Origin: a virus
Lineage: Duplodnaviria > Caudoviricetes
Length of the DNA stretch: 37,794 nt
Virus record (IMG/VR): IMGVR_UViG_3300011102_000278
Coordinates: 1-37,794 of that record
Strand: one strand, 5' to 3'
Shown: positions 1-8,778 of the stretch, piece after piece
How positions within the stretch are numbered: the stretch's first letter is position 1
Layout: each line of letters opens with the position of its first letter
Notes under the pieces: generated by a model
What the model was told of the DNA's origin: nothing
The model's input: only the letters and a program-made list of their open reading frames with translations
Database searches by the model: none
Made by a program: the position numbers and the translations under genes

Positions 1-90
1 GGGTTAGGGCCAGAGGTTTTGTACGGGTTTCTAGGGTCTGACGCTATACGGAGAGTGACGGCCGTCGGAGACGCATAGGGAGGTGATGGC

Positions 91-513
91 GTGGGGACGC
101 GGGGACCGGTTCCTAAGCGCAGTGCTCAGCGTCGGCGCAGGAATCAGGACAGTGCACCCGACGTCATCCAAGTGGCTCCGGGAGACGAGCCCGTTAAGGC
201 TCCGCCGTTGGGTTTTGTAACGCACCCGATCGCGATGGAGTGGTACGAGTCGCTCGCAGAGTCCGGGCAGGCGCGTTATTTCGAACCGAGCGATTGGCAG
301 GCTGCCCGCGTCGTGGCCTACGAAATCGGGCGCATGCTTAACCGGAGAGAGGCCAGCGGACAGCTGTTGTCGTCTGTCTGGTCTGCCATGGGCGATCTCC
401 TGTCCACCGAAGCCGCGCGCCGGCGAGTGCGGATGGAGATTGACCGCGGTCTGGCTGCGGAGGACGAGGACGCGGACGTTGTCGAGCTGTACAAGGGGCT
501 AGGGCTGACGTAA
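91..513 (+). CDS. terS: terminase small subunit (L5 gp5-like)
   Basis: GGAGG RBS upstream; N-terminus MGTRGPVPKRS..RRRRN and EPSDW motif typical of actinophage TerS; directly precedes TerL. Confidence 0.8.
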   Translation: MGTRGPVPKRSAQRRRRNQDSAPDVIQVAPGDEPVKAPPLGFVTHPIAMEWYESLAESGQARYFEPSDWQAARVVAYEIGRMLNRREASGQLLSSVWSAMGDLLSTEAARRRVRMEIDRGLAAEDEDADVVELYKGLGLT

Positions 514-525
514 CAAGGGGGGTCT

Positions 526-2208
526 GTGAAGAGATACAGCATTGGCCCCACCTGGGAAACGGACCCGGACAAGCTCCCGCTTCCCCGCGAGGATCTCCAC
601 CAAACGCCGGATGGTTTCTGGATTCCCAAGCCGCCGCGCTCGATTGGGTACGTGGGCATTGCGTGGGCGTTGAGACACCTTTTGCAGCCAGACGGACCGG
701 ATAAGAAGAAGCCGTTTCGGCTCACGCATGAGCAAACGCGATTCGTACTCTGGTGGTACGCAATCCGCGCGGATGGGCGGTTCGTCTACACGTCCGGGAT
801 GTTTCAGCGGATGAAGGGCGCAGGGAAGGACCCGTTGGGAGCTTTCCTTTGCCTGCTGGAACTGCTGGGGCCCTGCCGCTTTGGCGGTTGGAAGGTAGAC
901 GGCACACCGAAGGTTGTCGCGCACAGTGCGCCGTGGGTCGCTGTTACCGCAGTTAGCCAAGAGCAGACCCGTAACACCATGGGTCTGCTGGAGCCGATGC
1001 TTTCGGACGCTGCGCGCGAGAAGTACGGTGTTGATATCGGTAGGGAGATCTGGCACACGACGGCCGGGATTCTCCAAGCGTTCTCATCCTCATACCGAGC
1101 GCTAGAGGGTAAACGCACGTCGTTTGTCCTCATGAACGAGACGCACCATTGGGTATCATCCAACGCTGGTCATGACATGGCCGAAGTCATCGAAAACAAC
1201 GGCGTCAAGTCCCGTGATGGCGCGTCGCGAACCTTGGCGATCACAAACGCTCACATTCCGGGTGAGGACAGCGTTGCAGAACGCATGTGGGACGGGTACC
1301 AGGCATGGCTAGCCGGTCGGCTCGTGAGCGACGAACCGCCGTATCTGGTGGATAGTCTGCAAGCCCCTCCGGATACGGATCTCGCGGATGATGATTCGCT
1401 TCGTGCGGGTATTCTCGCCGCGCGGGGCGATGCGGTATGGCTGGATGTTGACCGCGTGATGCGGGCAGTTCGGGACCCGCGGAAGCCGGTGGCGCAGTCT
1501 CGAAGGTACTTCCTGAATCAGGTTGTTGCCGCGGAGGATGCATATCTGTCGGCTCCGGAGTGGGACCGCCTTGCGAACCCGGACCTGACGGTGCGGCCGG
1601 ATGACGAGATCGTCATGTTCTTCGACGGATCGAAGAATGACGACTCTACCGCGCTGGTCGGCTGTCGCGTAGATGACGGTCATGTGTTCATGATCGCCGG
1701 CTGGGACAGGCCCGCAGGGCCCGCGGGAGCTGACTGGGAAGTCGACAAGAACGACGTTAACCGGGTCGTCCTGGAGACGCTCAGAGAGCGGAACGTGCTC
1801 GCGTTCTGGGGCGACGTCCTGCACTTCGAAGGAATGCACGACGAATGGTCACAGTTCGGCGGACCGCAGTTGCTCTTGTGGGCTCAAGAGGGCAAGTTCA
1901 GGCACGCGACCGCATGGGACATGCGCGGGAAGCTGAAAGAATTCACTGCCGCGTGTGAGCGCTTCGAGGCTGACGTTAGGGCAGGGGATTTCACGCACGA
2001 CGGTGACCCTGGTCTACGCAGCCACATCCTGAACGCACGTCGCCGGCCGAACAAGTACGGCGTCGGTATCGGCAAAGAGTCCCGCGATTCCGCCCGCAAG
2101 ATTGACCGCGCTGTCTGCGCTATTGGCGCACGCATGGTGCGGCGAAAGCTCATTGAGTCTGGCCGGCTGGACAAGAGGAAGCGGCCCGGAATTCTGATCG
2201 GCTTCTGA
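526..2208 (+). CDS. terL: terminase large subunit
   Basis: Walker A-like RMKGAGKD, Walker B-like VLMNETHHW, nuclease FDGSKNDDSTAL and KIDRAVC motifs. Confidence 0.95.
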   Translation: MKRYSIGPTWETDPDKLPLPREDLHQTPDGFWIPKPPRSIGYVGIAWALRHLLQPDGPDKKKPFRLTHEQTRFVLWWYAIRADGRFVYTSGMFQRMKGAGKDPLGAFLCLLELLGPCRFGGWKVDGTPKVVAHSAPWVAVTAVSQEQTRNTMGLLEPMLSDAAREKYGVDIGREIWHTTAGILQAFSSSYRALEGKRTSFVLMNETHHWVSSNAGHDMAEVIENNGVKSRDGASRTLAITNAHIPGEDSVAERMWDGYQAWLAGRLVSDEPPYLVDSLQAPPDTDLADDDSLRAGILAARGDAVWLDVDRVMRAVRDPRKPVAQSRRYFLNQVVAAEDAYLSAPEWDRLANPDLTVRPDDEIVMFFDGSKNDDSTALVGCRVDDGHVFMIAGWDRPAGPAGADWEVDKNDVNRVVLETLRERNVLAFWGDVLHFEGMHDEWSQFGGPQLLLWAQEGKFRHATAWDMRGKLKEFTAACERFEADVRAGDFTHDGDPGLRSHILNARRRPNKYGVGIGKESRDSARKIDRAVCAIGARMVRRKLIESGRLDKRKRPGILIGF

Positions 2209-2221
2209 GAGAGGGGGTGTC

Positions 2222-3646
2222 GTGGCGGACGACGATCCGAAGAGCACTGCCCAAGAAATGGCGCAAGCCTTGGACCTGCTCACGCAGCCTAGCGGCCATA
2301 TCGGCAAGGTCCGGCGGTACCTCCGCGGCAAGCATGACCTTCCGTATATCCCCAAGGGGGCTACGGACGAGTTCATTGAACTCGCGAGGCGGAGCATTAC
2401 GAACTGGTTGCCGCTCATCAGCAGCACGTTCGTCAAGAACCTGTTTGTCGACGGCTACCGAACGGGCCGCTCCGCGGAGATGGCTCCCGCGTGGCGGTAC
2501 TGGCAGGCTAACCAGATGGACGCTCGGCAGTCCATCACCATGCATGGCGTCGTAGATTACGGCGTTGCGCATGTGCTCGTGGGCAAGGGCAACCCGACTC
2601 CCGTGATCAAGCCGCTTTCCCCGCAAAGGTCGCTCGCGTGGTACGAGGATGACGACGATGACTATCCGATTGCCGCGATCTACCGGGCTGGCGTGACCCT
2701 GTCGGGGGAGCACGCGTTCGACTTCTACATGGGAGCCTACCGCTATCGCTACGTACGGCAGGGGCCCCGACCCCTGGACGGCATGCCGAACGACCCCTAT
2801 AACCCATTCGACGGTCGCGATAACGAATGGAAGTTCGGGGAACTCCAGCTCAGATCCATCACGCCGCACGGCATGGGCAACTTCGTCCCGTGGGTGCGGT
2901 TCCGGGAACGCCTGGACGACGAGTCGACAGGAGTCGTCCGGCCACTGATCACGGTGCAAGACCGGATCAACAATACCGTCTTTGATCTGCTTATGGCGCT
3001 CCAGTACGCGTCGTTTAGGCAGCGTTGGGCAACTGGCCTCGCAATCCCACGTGACCAAGACGAGAAGCTCCCGGACGGCACGGACAACCCGAACTTTGGT
3101 AAGCCGATCCAGCCATTCGAGGCTGCGGTTAATCGGCTGTGGGTGTCGGAAAATTCGGAGACCAAGTTCGGGGACTTCGCACAGACGGACGTCGCTGGGC
3201 ATCTCTCCGCGTACGACTCCGCTGTGCGAACACTGGTGAGTATTGCGGAGTCATCTCCGCTGATTCTTGTTGGTGACCTGTCGAACATTGCCGTTGAAGC
3301 GTTCGCGACGCTAAACGACAGCATGAATAAAAAGGTCGCGGAGATTAAGACGCTGTGCGGTGAGTCGTGGGAGCGGGTGTTCGCGCTCGCGAGCATGGCG
3401 GCCGGAGAGTCGTACGACGAAACTGCACAGGTCAAATGGAGAGACACCGAGCCGCGCAGCTTCGCGCAAATCGTTGACGGGTTGTCGAAGCTGTACAATA
3501 TCGGTGCCCCAAGCGAAGGGCTGTTCGAACTCGTGCCCGGACTGACCGACCAGGATATACAACGCTGGGTAGAGCTCAAGCAGCGTCCGACCGACACTGA
3601 CCGTCTCGCGGACGCTATCCGCCGGACCGCGGTTCCGGCCGTGTGA
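2222..3646 (+). CDS. portal protein (SPP1 gp6-like)
   Basis: 474 aa after TerL; YLRGKH, WQANQMD, QDRIN, FRQRWATG motifs typical of actinophage portals. Confidence 0.9.
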   Translation: MADDDPKSTAQEMAQALDLLTQPSGHIGKVRRYLRGKHDLPYIPKGATDEFIELARRSITNWLPLISSTFVKNLFVDGYRTGRSAEMAPAWRYWQANQMDARQSITMHGVVDYGVAHVLVGKGNPTPVIKPLSPQRSLAWYEDDDDDYPIAAIYRAGVTLSGEHAFDFYMGAYRYRYVRQGPRPLDGMPNDPYNPFDGRDNEWKFGELQLRSITPHGMGNFVPWVRFRERLDDESTGVVRPLITVQDRINNTVFDLLMALQYASFRQRWATGLAIPRDQDEKLPDGTDNPNFGKPIQPFEAAVNRLWVSENSETKFGDFAQTDVAGHLSAYDSAVRTLVSIAESSPLILVGDLSNIAVEAFATLNDSMNKKVAEIKTLCGESWERVFALASMAAGESYDETAQVKWRDTEPRSFAQIVDGLSKLYNIGAPSEGLFELVPGLTDQDIQRWVELKQRPTDTDRLADAIRRTAVPAV

Positions 3647-4266
3647 TGGCTCCGGCCACAGTCACCCGGCAGGCTGACGCTTACCGCCTCGCGCAGGCAT
3701 CGCTAGGTGCCCAGATTGCCGCACGGGCCGCGATGGAGACTGTTGCGTGGCTCGACCCTGCGGACCCGGATAAGGGATTCGCTGCGTTCGTCGCCACGCT
3801 TACACAGCTCATCGCGGGGGGCCGACGGTCGGCCTACGTGCTGGCGCTGCGGTACTACGAGCTACTCCGCGATGCCGCGGGAGTGGCTACGCCTCCGCCG
3901 GAGCCGGCAGAGCCTGAGTTCCCGACGTCGGCTGTGACGGCGTCGCTGATCTGGACGGGCCCGCGGTACGCACGATCGCTCGAAGCACGCGGCAAGACGG
4001 ATAATGTCCGCGAAGTCGTGGGACGTGCGGTCGGGCGTGCTGCCATGCGGCACACGCTGAACGCTGGCCGGACGACGGTTTTCGGTTCCGTTGTGGTTGA
4101 CCCTGCTGCGCTCGGATGGGCCCGCATTACAGACGCGGACCCGTGCGACTTCTGCAAGATGCTCGCGGGCCGCGGGCTAGTTTACAAAACCGAACGTTCC
4201 GCCGGCGGGCTGAACCGCTGGCACGACGGGTGCGCATGCGCAGTCGTTCCGCTATTCCGCGACTGA
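3643..4266 (+). CDS. minor capsid / capsid maturation protein (MuF/VG15-like)
   Basis: WARITDADPCDFCKMLAGRG..Y and HDGCAC motifs; lies between portal and scaffold. Confidence 0.8.
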   Translation: MMAPATVTRQADAYRLAQASLGAQIAARAAMETVAWLDPADPDKGFAAFVATLTQLIAGGRRSAYVLALRYYELLRDAAGVATPPPEPAEPEFPTSAVTASLIWTGPRYARSLEARGKTDNVREVVGRAVGRAAMRHTLNAGRTTVFGSVVVDPAALGWARITDADPCDFCKMLAGRGLVYKTERSAGGLNRWHDGCACAVVPLFRD

Positions 4267-4324
4267 TCGCGGCTTTCTATCACGCGGGCAAGTGTCCGCC
4301 GTGCGATCCCAAGAGGGGTAATCA

Positions 4325-4906
4325 ATGACGCAGTCCTCCCAGAATCCCGCTCCTGCTCCGGCCGACCCGGCTCCCGCTCCGGCTTCGGAGCCGACTCCCG
4401 CGAATGCGGAGGGGGCTCCGCAGTGGGATGGTGATTTCGACCCGGAGCGGGCCGCGCGTCTCGTGGCAAATCTCCGAGCGGAGAACAAGGCCCACAAGGA
4501 CGCGCTTGCCGCGGCGCAGGCGAAGATTGCGGAATTCGAAACGGCGCAGATGTCCGACCGTGAGAAGTTGGAACAGCGCGCCGCGACTGCCGAGACCGAA
4601 CTGACGAAGGCTCTCCGCATGCTGGCCGTGCGGGATCTGGGCCTTGACAAGGAACTCGCGCAGTTCATCACGGGCACCACTGCGGAGGAGATCGAAGCGC
4701 AGGCGAAGACGCTTGCGGCTCGACTCGCTCCCGCAACTCCGGAGCCTCCGCGCAAGCCGACGCTAGCGCCGGTTGCGGGGAACGGTGCCGAGACCGGAGA
4801 TACCTCCGATCCCATCACGCGCGAAGACCTTAAGCGCATGACCCCTGACGACATCGTGGCCGCACGAAAGGCAGGCAGGCTTGACCACCTGCTTAAGCGG
4901 CAGTGA
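4325..4906 (+). CDS. capsid scaffolding protein
   Basis: Pro/Ala-rich N-terminus, coiled coil, GTTAEEIEAQAKTL motif; precedes major capsid gene. Confidence 0.85.
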   Translation: MTQSSQNPAPAPADPAPAPASEPTPANAEGAPQWDGDFDPERAARLVANLRAENKAHKDALAAAQAKIAEFETAQMSDREKLEQRAATAETELTKALRMLAVRDLGLDKELAQFITGTTAEEIEAQAKTLAARLAPATPEPPRKPTLAPVAGNGAETGDTSDPITREDLKRMTPDDIVAARKAGRLDHLLKRQ

Positions 4907-4922
4907 GACAGGAGCCGCATAG

Positions 4923-5768
4923 ATGGCTATCACCAACTTTATCCCTGAGATCTGGAACGCCCAGCTAATGACCGACTTTCGCGAGCAGGTAATCGCCGCG
5001 AACCTGGTCAATCGGGAGTACGAGGGGGACGCGTCCCGCGGTAACAAGGTCCGCATCAACACCGCGCAGGCTGTGGCGGTGAAGGACTACAGGGCCGGTA
5101 CCGCTGCGGGCCCGCGGACCACCACGCCCGACGCTGTCAGCACCACGTCTCAGGATCTCCTGATTGATCAGGAGCGGTCGTTTGACTTCTACGTCGATGA
5201 CATCGACCGTGCGCAGGCTGCGGGCAATATGGAGGCGTTCACGCGGAGCGCTGCGGAGGGGCTCGCGGAGGACGCGGACAAGTTCCTGCTCGCGCTGGCC
5301 GCGAGCGGTGCGGACGCTGCGAACGTCGTCACCGAGACGACGACCCCCCTGGCCGATGGGGACGCCGCGTTTAACGTCATCCGCGACATGCGGAAGCGGC
5401 TGAACAAGCAGAAGGTTCCGCAGAGCAATCGCGTGCTGATCGTCAACGCCGAGTTTGAAGCCGTCCTCCTGGACGCGTCGAGCAAGCTCACGAACGTGGA
5501 CGTCTCGGGCAGCCCGCAGGGTCTGCGCGACGCTGTGCTCGGCCGACTGCTGAACTTCACCATTTACACGTCCGAGAATCTGCCGACTGTGGATGACCCG
5601 ATGGCGCTCGCTTTCTATCAGCCCGCGATCGCGTACGTTTCGCAGATTCAGGAAACGGAGGCCCTTCGCGGTCAGGACAAGTTTGCGGATCGGCTCCGCG
5701 GTCTGCACGTCTATGGCGGCAAGGTCGTTCGTCCGACCGCCGTGGCTGTCTACACCAACACGGCGTGA
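4923..5768 (+). CDS. major capsid protein
   Basis: N-terminus FIPEIW..., NREYEGD, C-terminal DRLRGLHVYGGKVVRP; position after scaffold. Confidence 0.9.
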   Translation: MAITNFIPEIWNAQLMTDFREQVIAANLVNREYEGDASRGNKVRINTAQAVAVKDYRAGTAAGPRTTTPDAVSTTSQDLLIDQERSFDFYVDDIDRAQAAGNMEAFTRSAAEGLAEDADKFLLALAASGADAANVVTETTTPLADGDAAFNVIRDMRKRLNKQKVPQSNRVLIVNAEFEAVLLDASSKLTNVDVSGSPQGLRDAVLGRLLNFTIYTSENLPTVDDPMALAFYQPAIAYVSQIQETEALRGQDKFADRLRGLHVYGGKVVRPTAVAVYTNTA

Positions 5769-5774
5769 TGCCCA

Positions 5775-5957
5775 ATGGCTCGCGTGAAGGGCCCTAATGG
5801 GCTGGTGTTCGACTTGCCGGACACGATCGCGTCCGGCCTGGTTGACGGTGACAACGAGGGTTACGAGTACGCGGACACACCGAAGCCGGCTCCGGAGCAG
5901 GAGGCGAAGCCCGCCCCCAAGCGCCGGCCGCGCACGCCGCGAGCAACGCAGAAGTAG
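5775..5957 (+). CDS. small virion-associated hypothetical protein
   Basis: 60 aa with basic tail, fills the gap between capsid and adaptor genes. Confidence 0.6.
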   Translation: MARVKGPNGLVFDLPDTIASGLVDGDNEGYEYADTPKPAPEQEAKPAPKRRPRTPRATQK

Positions 5958-5968
5958 GGAGCGGGCCC

Positions 5969-6355
5969 ATGGCACTGGCAACCGTCGCGGAACTTGAGAC
6001 GCGGCTAGGCGTGCCCGTGGGCTCGCTCGCAGGGGAGGAGTTGGCGCGTGCGCAAGCAGCGCTGAACGATGCCTCCGAGCTCGTGCTTACCGCGGGGCGT
6101 TCGTCCTGGACGGACGCGGAGGGCGCGACTCCGGCACCGCCCGTAGTGGTCGTGGTTGTGCTGCGTCTGGCGAAGAGGATTTATCAGAACCCGGACGAAT
6201 ACACATGGGCACAGATGGGCGACTTCGCGTACACGCGACGCGACGCCGGAGGGCTGCTCACTGATAGCGAGCTCGCGCTTATTCGGCAGGCTGCGGGAGT
6301 CGCTGACGGGGCGTACTCCGTGGCGACCCCTTCCGCGTACGAGAGGACGTCGTGA
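5969..6355 (+). CDS. head-to-tail adaptor
   Basis: MALATVAELETRLG, LNDASELV, RIYQNP motifs; synteny. Confidence 0.8.
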   Translation: MALATVAELETRLGVPVGSLAGEELARAQAALNDASELVLTAGRSSWTDAEGATPAPPVVVVVVLRLAKRIYQNPDEYTWAQMGDFAYTRRDAGGLLTDSELALIRQAAGVADGAYSVATPSAYERTS

Positions 6356-6513
6356 TGGTGACCTACCGGAACAAGGACACGGGGGACGCGGTCCGCATGT
6401 CGGCTCCGCTCCGTCCCTACGAGCAGTCGGACCGCTGGGAGCGCGTCCAGGAGCCGGCGCGGAAGACGCGGAGGGGGAGCGGTGATAGAGGGGTTTCTGA
6501 ACCGCAGCCTTGA
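6355..6513 (+). CDS. small hypothetical protein (52 aa, MVTYRNKDTGD...; absent from ORF track)
   Basis: ATG overlaps upstream TGA (TGATG), AGGA RBS; translated by hand. Confidence 0.55.
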   Translation: MVTYRNKDTGDAVRMSAPLRPYEQSDRWERVQEPARKTRRGSGDRGVSEPQP

Positions 6514-6808
6514 CGTCTTCCGCCCATCGACCGCATCAGACGGCTCCGGCGGCCGGACGACACAGCTCGTCCCCGCGAGCAGCGTCCGCGCGATGGTCAG
6601 TCAGCCGTCCGCGCAGGAACGCGAGTCCGGCGGGCAGTGGGGAGCGCGGCACACACACAGCGTGTACGTGCTCCCCTCCGCGGACATTCGCCGCGGGGAC
6701 GAGCTCCGGGGAGGCGGTCAGAATCTTCGCGTTCTGGCAGTTATCCGGCCGTCTCGCTCCGTGTATCGCAAGGCGGTCTGCCAACTGATCGAACAGGAGG
6801 GGGCGTGA
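6482..6808 (+). CDS. head-to-tail stopper / head closure protein
   Basis: DGSGG turn, DIRRGDEL motif, GAGGGGG RBS; synteny. Confidence 0.8.
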   Translation: MIEGFLNRSLDVFRPSTASDGSGGRTTQLVPASSVRAMVSQPSAQERESGGQWGARHTHSVYVLPSADIRRGDELRGGGQNLRVLAVIRPSRSVYRKAVCQLIEQEGA

Positions 6809-7191
6809 TGGTTCGACGCAGCCGGCAGACGGTCACCGTCGACGGGCTCGCGGAGCTCCGGCGTCGCCTGGCCGAAGTTCCGGAGGAAGTCGCGGACGCA
6901 GCGCGGGAAGCGGTGGACGAAGGTGCGGAGGCTATCCGCGAAGAGGTAGAGCGGACGGTCCGCGTCAACACGGGCCGCGCCCGGAACACTATCCGCGTCC
7001 GGCACGTCGGGACCACCGGACTGTCCGCGGACGTCGGATGGTTCGACCCCGACCTGTACTACATGCGGTTCAACGAGTTCGGTACCGAGAAGATCACCGC
7101 GGACCCTGTCCTGACGCGGGCTGCGGAGGCTGAACGCGTCCGCTTCCCGCGGCGGGTAGGCGAGGAGATCCGGCGGGAGCTCGAAGGATGA
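6808..7191 (+). CDS. HK97 gp10-like neck/tail component
   Basis: V.GL.EL N-terminus, VNTGRARNTI, Y..FNEFGTEK; ATG coupled to upstream stop. Confidence 0.8.
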   Translation: MVRRSRQTVTVDGLAELRRRLAEVPEEVADAAREAVDEGAEAIREEVERTVRVNTGRARNTIRVRHVGTTGLSADVGWFDPDLYYMRFNEFGTEKITADPVLTRAAEAERVRFPRRVGEEIRRELEG

Positions 7192-7595
7192 CGACTCCTC
7201 TCGGGCCCGTACAGCGCGCGGTGTACGCAGCGCTCACCGCGGACACCGAACTCATGGAGTCCGTGACCGGTGTTTACGACGACGTCCCGGAGGGGACGGC
7301 GTATCCCTACGTGCGCATCGGCGAAGCGCTCGAAACGCCGGACAACACACACGGCGCATTCGGCCGGCAGACGGTTTTGATCATTCACGTCTGGTCGGAG
7401 TACCGCGGCTTCGCCGAGACGACGGATATTGCGGGCCGCGTGGTCTCTCTGCTGGACCATCAACCGCTCACCATCGCGGGACATCACCACGTGGTGACCA
7501 AATACGAATTCGGACAGACGTTGGACGACCCGGACCGGCCGGCACTGAGACACGGCGTCCTGCGGTTCCGCGTTTTGACTGAGCACGAGGAGTGA
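7188..7595 (+). CDS. tail terminator (DUF3168-like)
   Basis: VYDDVPEGTAYPYVRIG, IHVWS, HGVLRFR motifs. Confidence 0.85.
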   Translation: MTTPLGPVQRAVYAALTADTELMESVTGVYDDVPEGTAYPYVRIGEALETPDNTHGAFGRQTVLIIHVWSEYRGFAETTDIAGRVVSLLDHQPLTIAGHHHVVTKYEFGQTLDDPDRPALRHGVLRFRVLTEHEE

Positions 7596-7599
7596 GAGC

Positions 7600-8022
7600 G
7601 TGGCAGGTATCAACGCCTTTGGCACGACCCTTAGCCGCGGGGACGGGCAGGCAACGGAGACGTTTACTCCGATTGCCCATGTAACGACCATCTCCGGTCC
7701 GGGCATGGAGCGGAGCACCATCGACGTTACCGATCACGGTTCGCCGGACGGCTGGCAGGAATTCAAGGGTGGCCTTAAGGACGCGGGCGAGGTCAGTCTC
7801 GAAGTCAACTACGACCCCAGCAAGCACGACACCCTCATTGCCGACTTTGAGGACGACGATCCCCGTAACTACAAGCTGACGTTCCCGGACCCTGCTGCGA
7901 CCACTTGGACGTTCACGGCGATTCTCACGGGCTTTAGTGCGGAGGCTCCCGTAGATGACAAGCTCGCGGCTTCCTTGACTTTCAAGGTCTCCGGCAAGCC
8001 CGTTATCGGGGCCACCCCCTAA
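7600..8022 (+). CDS. major tail (tube) protein
   Basis: IDVTDHGS.DGWQEFKGGLKD.GEVS and FKVSGKP motifs. Confidence 0.9.
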   Translation: MAGINAFGTTLSRGDGQATETFTPIAHVTTISGPGMERSTIDVTDHGSPDGWQEFKGGLKDAGEVSLEVNYDPSKHDTLIADFEDDDPRNYKLTFPDPAATTWTFTAILTGFSAEAPVDDKLAASLTFKVSGKPVIGATP

Positions 8023-8044
8023 CATCACCTAATGAGGACTACAC

Positions 8045-8452
8045 GTGTCTGATCTGCTGAACAAGGACGCTCTACTGGCCGCGGCGGAGCGGCCGGACGT
8101 CCAGACTAAGGACGTTCACGTTCCCGAGCTCGGGGGCTTCGTCCGCGTCCGCGAGATGTCGGGGACCGTCCGCAACCGTATCGAAGCCGCGGCCGTGAGC
8201 ATGCGCGCAGGGGGAGATGCGAAGACGCTTGACAACGTCACTGCGCAGATGATCGCGGCGTGCCTGGTGGACGAGCACGACCGTCCGATGCTGACCACCG
8301 CCGACGTCAGGCGGCTGATGGCTAGCCGTCCGCGGGCTGTGTTCCGCATTCGCGACGCGATCATGGAGATCTCCGCGACCGACGATGACGACGTCGAAGC
8401 GCTGGCCGAGGTTTTCGACTCCGCCCGGAGCGACAGTTCTACTTCCGCCTAG
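8045..8452 (+). CDS. tail assembly chaperone (G)
   Basis: VPELGG.VRVREMSG and LVDEHDRP motifs; between tube and tape measure genes. Confidence 0.85.
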   Translation: MSDLLNKDALLAAAERPDVQTKDVHVPELGGFVRVREMSGTVRNRIEAAAVSMRAGGDAKTLDNVTAQMIAACLVDEHDRPMLTTADVRRLMASRPRAVFRIRDAIMEISATDDDDVEALAEVFDSARSDSSTSA

Positions 8453-8757
8453 CGCTCGCTCTGGGCTGTAGCGTCCGCGAGCTCCTGGAGCGCATGACTT
8501 CCTGGGAGCTCGCGGAATGGATGGCATACGAACGCGTTGCCGGCCCGATCGGCGATGCCCGCGGGGACGTCCAGGCGGCCATCGTGGCAAGCACTGTCGC
8601 GAATGCGAATCGCGGCAGGGGCACGAAGCGCGCGACGCCTAAGGACTTCATCCCCGAGTGGGATCGGCGTCCGCAGACGTGGCAGGAACAGCTTGCGATT
8701 GTGGAACAGCTTAACGCGATGTTCGGGGGGACGGACACGCGCACGCTTTCTGACTGA
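8410..8757 (+). CDS. tail assembly chaperone extension (T), reached by -1 frameshift
   Basis: -1 frame reads RPERQFYFRLALALGCSVRELLERMTSWELAEWMAY upstream of the 8494 ATG; candidate slip site G GTT TTC at 8410-8416. Confidence 0.75.
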   Translation, partial: GFRLRPERQFYFRLALALGCSVRELLERMTSWELAEWMAYERVAGPIGDARGDVQAAIVASTVANANRGRGTKRATPKDFIPEWDRRPQTWQEQLAIVEQLNAMFGGTDTRTLSD

Positions 8758-8778
8758 GCACGCACGAAGGGGGTGCGC

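Noticed and set aside
3643-4266. MuF-fused polymorphic toxin
   Set aside because: The protein ends right after the HDGCAC motif, with no toxin extension or immunity gene
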